DNA from: Squalus acanthias | Lineage: Eukaryota | DNA: 64,000 nt | Direction of reading: 5' to 3' | Assembly: GCA_030390025.1 (NCBI GenBank) | Contig: CM059432.1 | Span: 46,254,001-46,318,000, forward strand | In this document: in pieces, positions 62,740 through 64,000 of the stretch | How positions within the stretch are numbered: the first letter of the stretch is position 1 | Layout of the letters: every line of letters begins with the position of its first letter | Program-made: the position numbers and the translations under genes | Notes under the pieces: model-generated | What the model was told of the DNA's origin: nothing | Databases searched by the model: none | Seen by the model: only the letters and a program-made list of their open reading frames with translations

Positions 62740-63324
62740 CTGAAAAAGCAAAATTTACAAGGGCAAGTTTTTACACTGGTGCAGAACATTGCACGGCACA
62801 CAAAGGAATACCAGTCATGTCACTACTGAGATCACAAACAAGTATTAACTGCAATTATATCAAGATGTTAAATCTGGTCTATTGCTTTATATCAATTTAC
62901 AGGGCTGACGTATGAACAAACATTCGCTGCTGACCCCGAAGTCCGCTTCACACAAGGACCTCACGATCCCTGTGTCGAGAACTTCAGGCTGTCCAACCTT
63001 CAATTCAAATCAATGAAGTATAGTGAGGATATCCCCTTGTGCGAACTGTTATGCCATCATCAAGCTCTCTAAGCAGCTAATCAAAAGGCAGAATTCTCAC
63101 AGGCAGCAAACAAGGAAGTGAGTAAGCTCTTAAAATTCTCACTTTTTAAAATAGTTACAGAGAGCAAAACAAAGATTGGGACTCTCACATTGGGGAAAAG
63201 GCAAATTTGAAATAAAGATGAACAAACTTTAAAAAAAAATTAAAACTTTTTTTTGAAAAGTTTCTTAAAATTTGAATTTTTATTAAAATGGACAAATTTC
63301 ACACTGCACACTACTTTTAAGAAA

Positions 63325-63440
63325 AGCAAGCAAGTTCTCCATGGTGTCCTGGAAAATATTTACCCTTCAATCAACATCACTAAAACAGATTATCTGGTCA
63401 TTATCGCATTGCTGTTTATGGGACCTTGCTGTGCAGGGTA
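63325..63440 (+). mobile_element. Deu-domain SINE fragment
   Basis: CAATCAACATCACTAAAACAGATTATCTGGTCATTATCGCATTGCTGTTTATGGGACCTTGCTGTG matches the SINE at 39746-40204. Confidence 0.7.
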
Positions 63441-64000
63441 GAGCTTAGCTATATTGTCCTTTGCAGTTAAATAGTCTGGCAACACTAAATGTAGGAAAAA
63501 TGGACACTTGGGTGAGGTGCTAGAGGGCAATCGCTGCCTGTAGAACTGTACCTCTGCAGAACTGTACTCCTGCAAGAAGTCAAAGACTTCAGGGGAGTAG
63601 GAGGGGAGAAAATTGGCAGTAAAAGGTAAGGGAAGAAAGAAATGTTACAATAACTGTGGTAGAATGTGACAATTATCACTCTTCGACAATGTATTGTAAG
63701 AATATTGGTGGGGGGGAGGGGGGACAGTAGCAGAAGAGTATCTTGAAAGCGAAAGTTGGATTTCTGTTAATTTCGGCCCTAAATATTTTGAAAATCTGGT
63801 TGTATGTCATTGATTTGCCTACTGTGTTTGTCTATGGGATACAGTTGCACATACTAACAATCTTTCAATTTCTCACGCAAGTATCAGCCCAGGTTAATCA
63901 ACCATGGGAGCCATTAGAGTTGTGGCCGGGCCTGTCCTTAGGCAGCATCTACACATGTATACTTTCCAGCGACAATAACTAGATCAGGAGTGGAATGTTT

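Overview
Eukaryotic, transposon-saturated 64-kb window with no recognisable host protein-coding gene. The repeat set (CR1 LINEs, V-domain HE1-like SINEs, Deu-domain SINEs, Penelope and Tx1 retroelements) suggests a cartilaginous fish; this is an inference. The window is a deep nest of mobile elements: (1) about ten PIF/Harbinger DNA transposons and MITEs from at least two families. One (22485-30314) reconstructs to a complete two-gene element with perfect 16-bp TIRs, an ATA TSD, a 386-aa DDE transposase broken only by a CR1 insertion, and an intact 3-exon 448-aa Myb/SANT-like gene. (2) More than ten CR1 LINE copies or fragments, two of them one lesion away from an intact ORF2. (3) Three Penelope-like elements with TSDs, carrying four minimal hammerhead ribozyme motifs; one element has ~600-bp inverted arms and an uninterrupted RT + GIY-YIG ORF. 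(4) A full-length, decayed Tx1-clade LINE inserted in the tRNA-derived head of a SINE. The unique sequence near the right end holds a CTCF-like motif and a candidate 16-nt microexon. Boundaries of old fragments are approximate, and all family names come from motif recognition rather than database searches.
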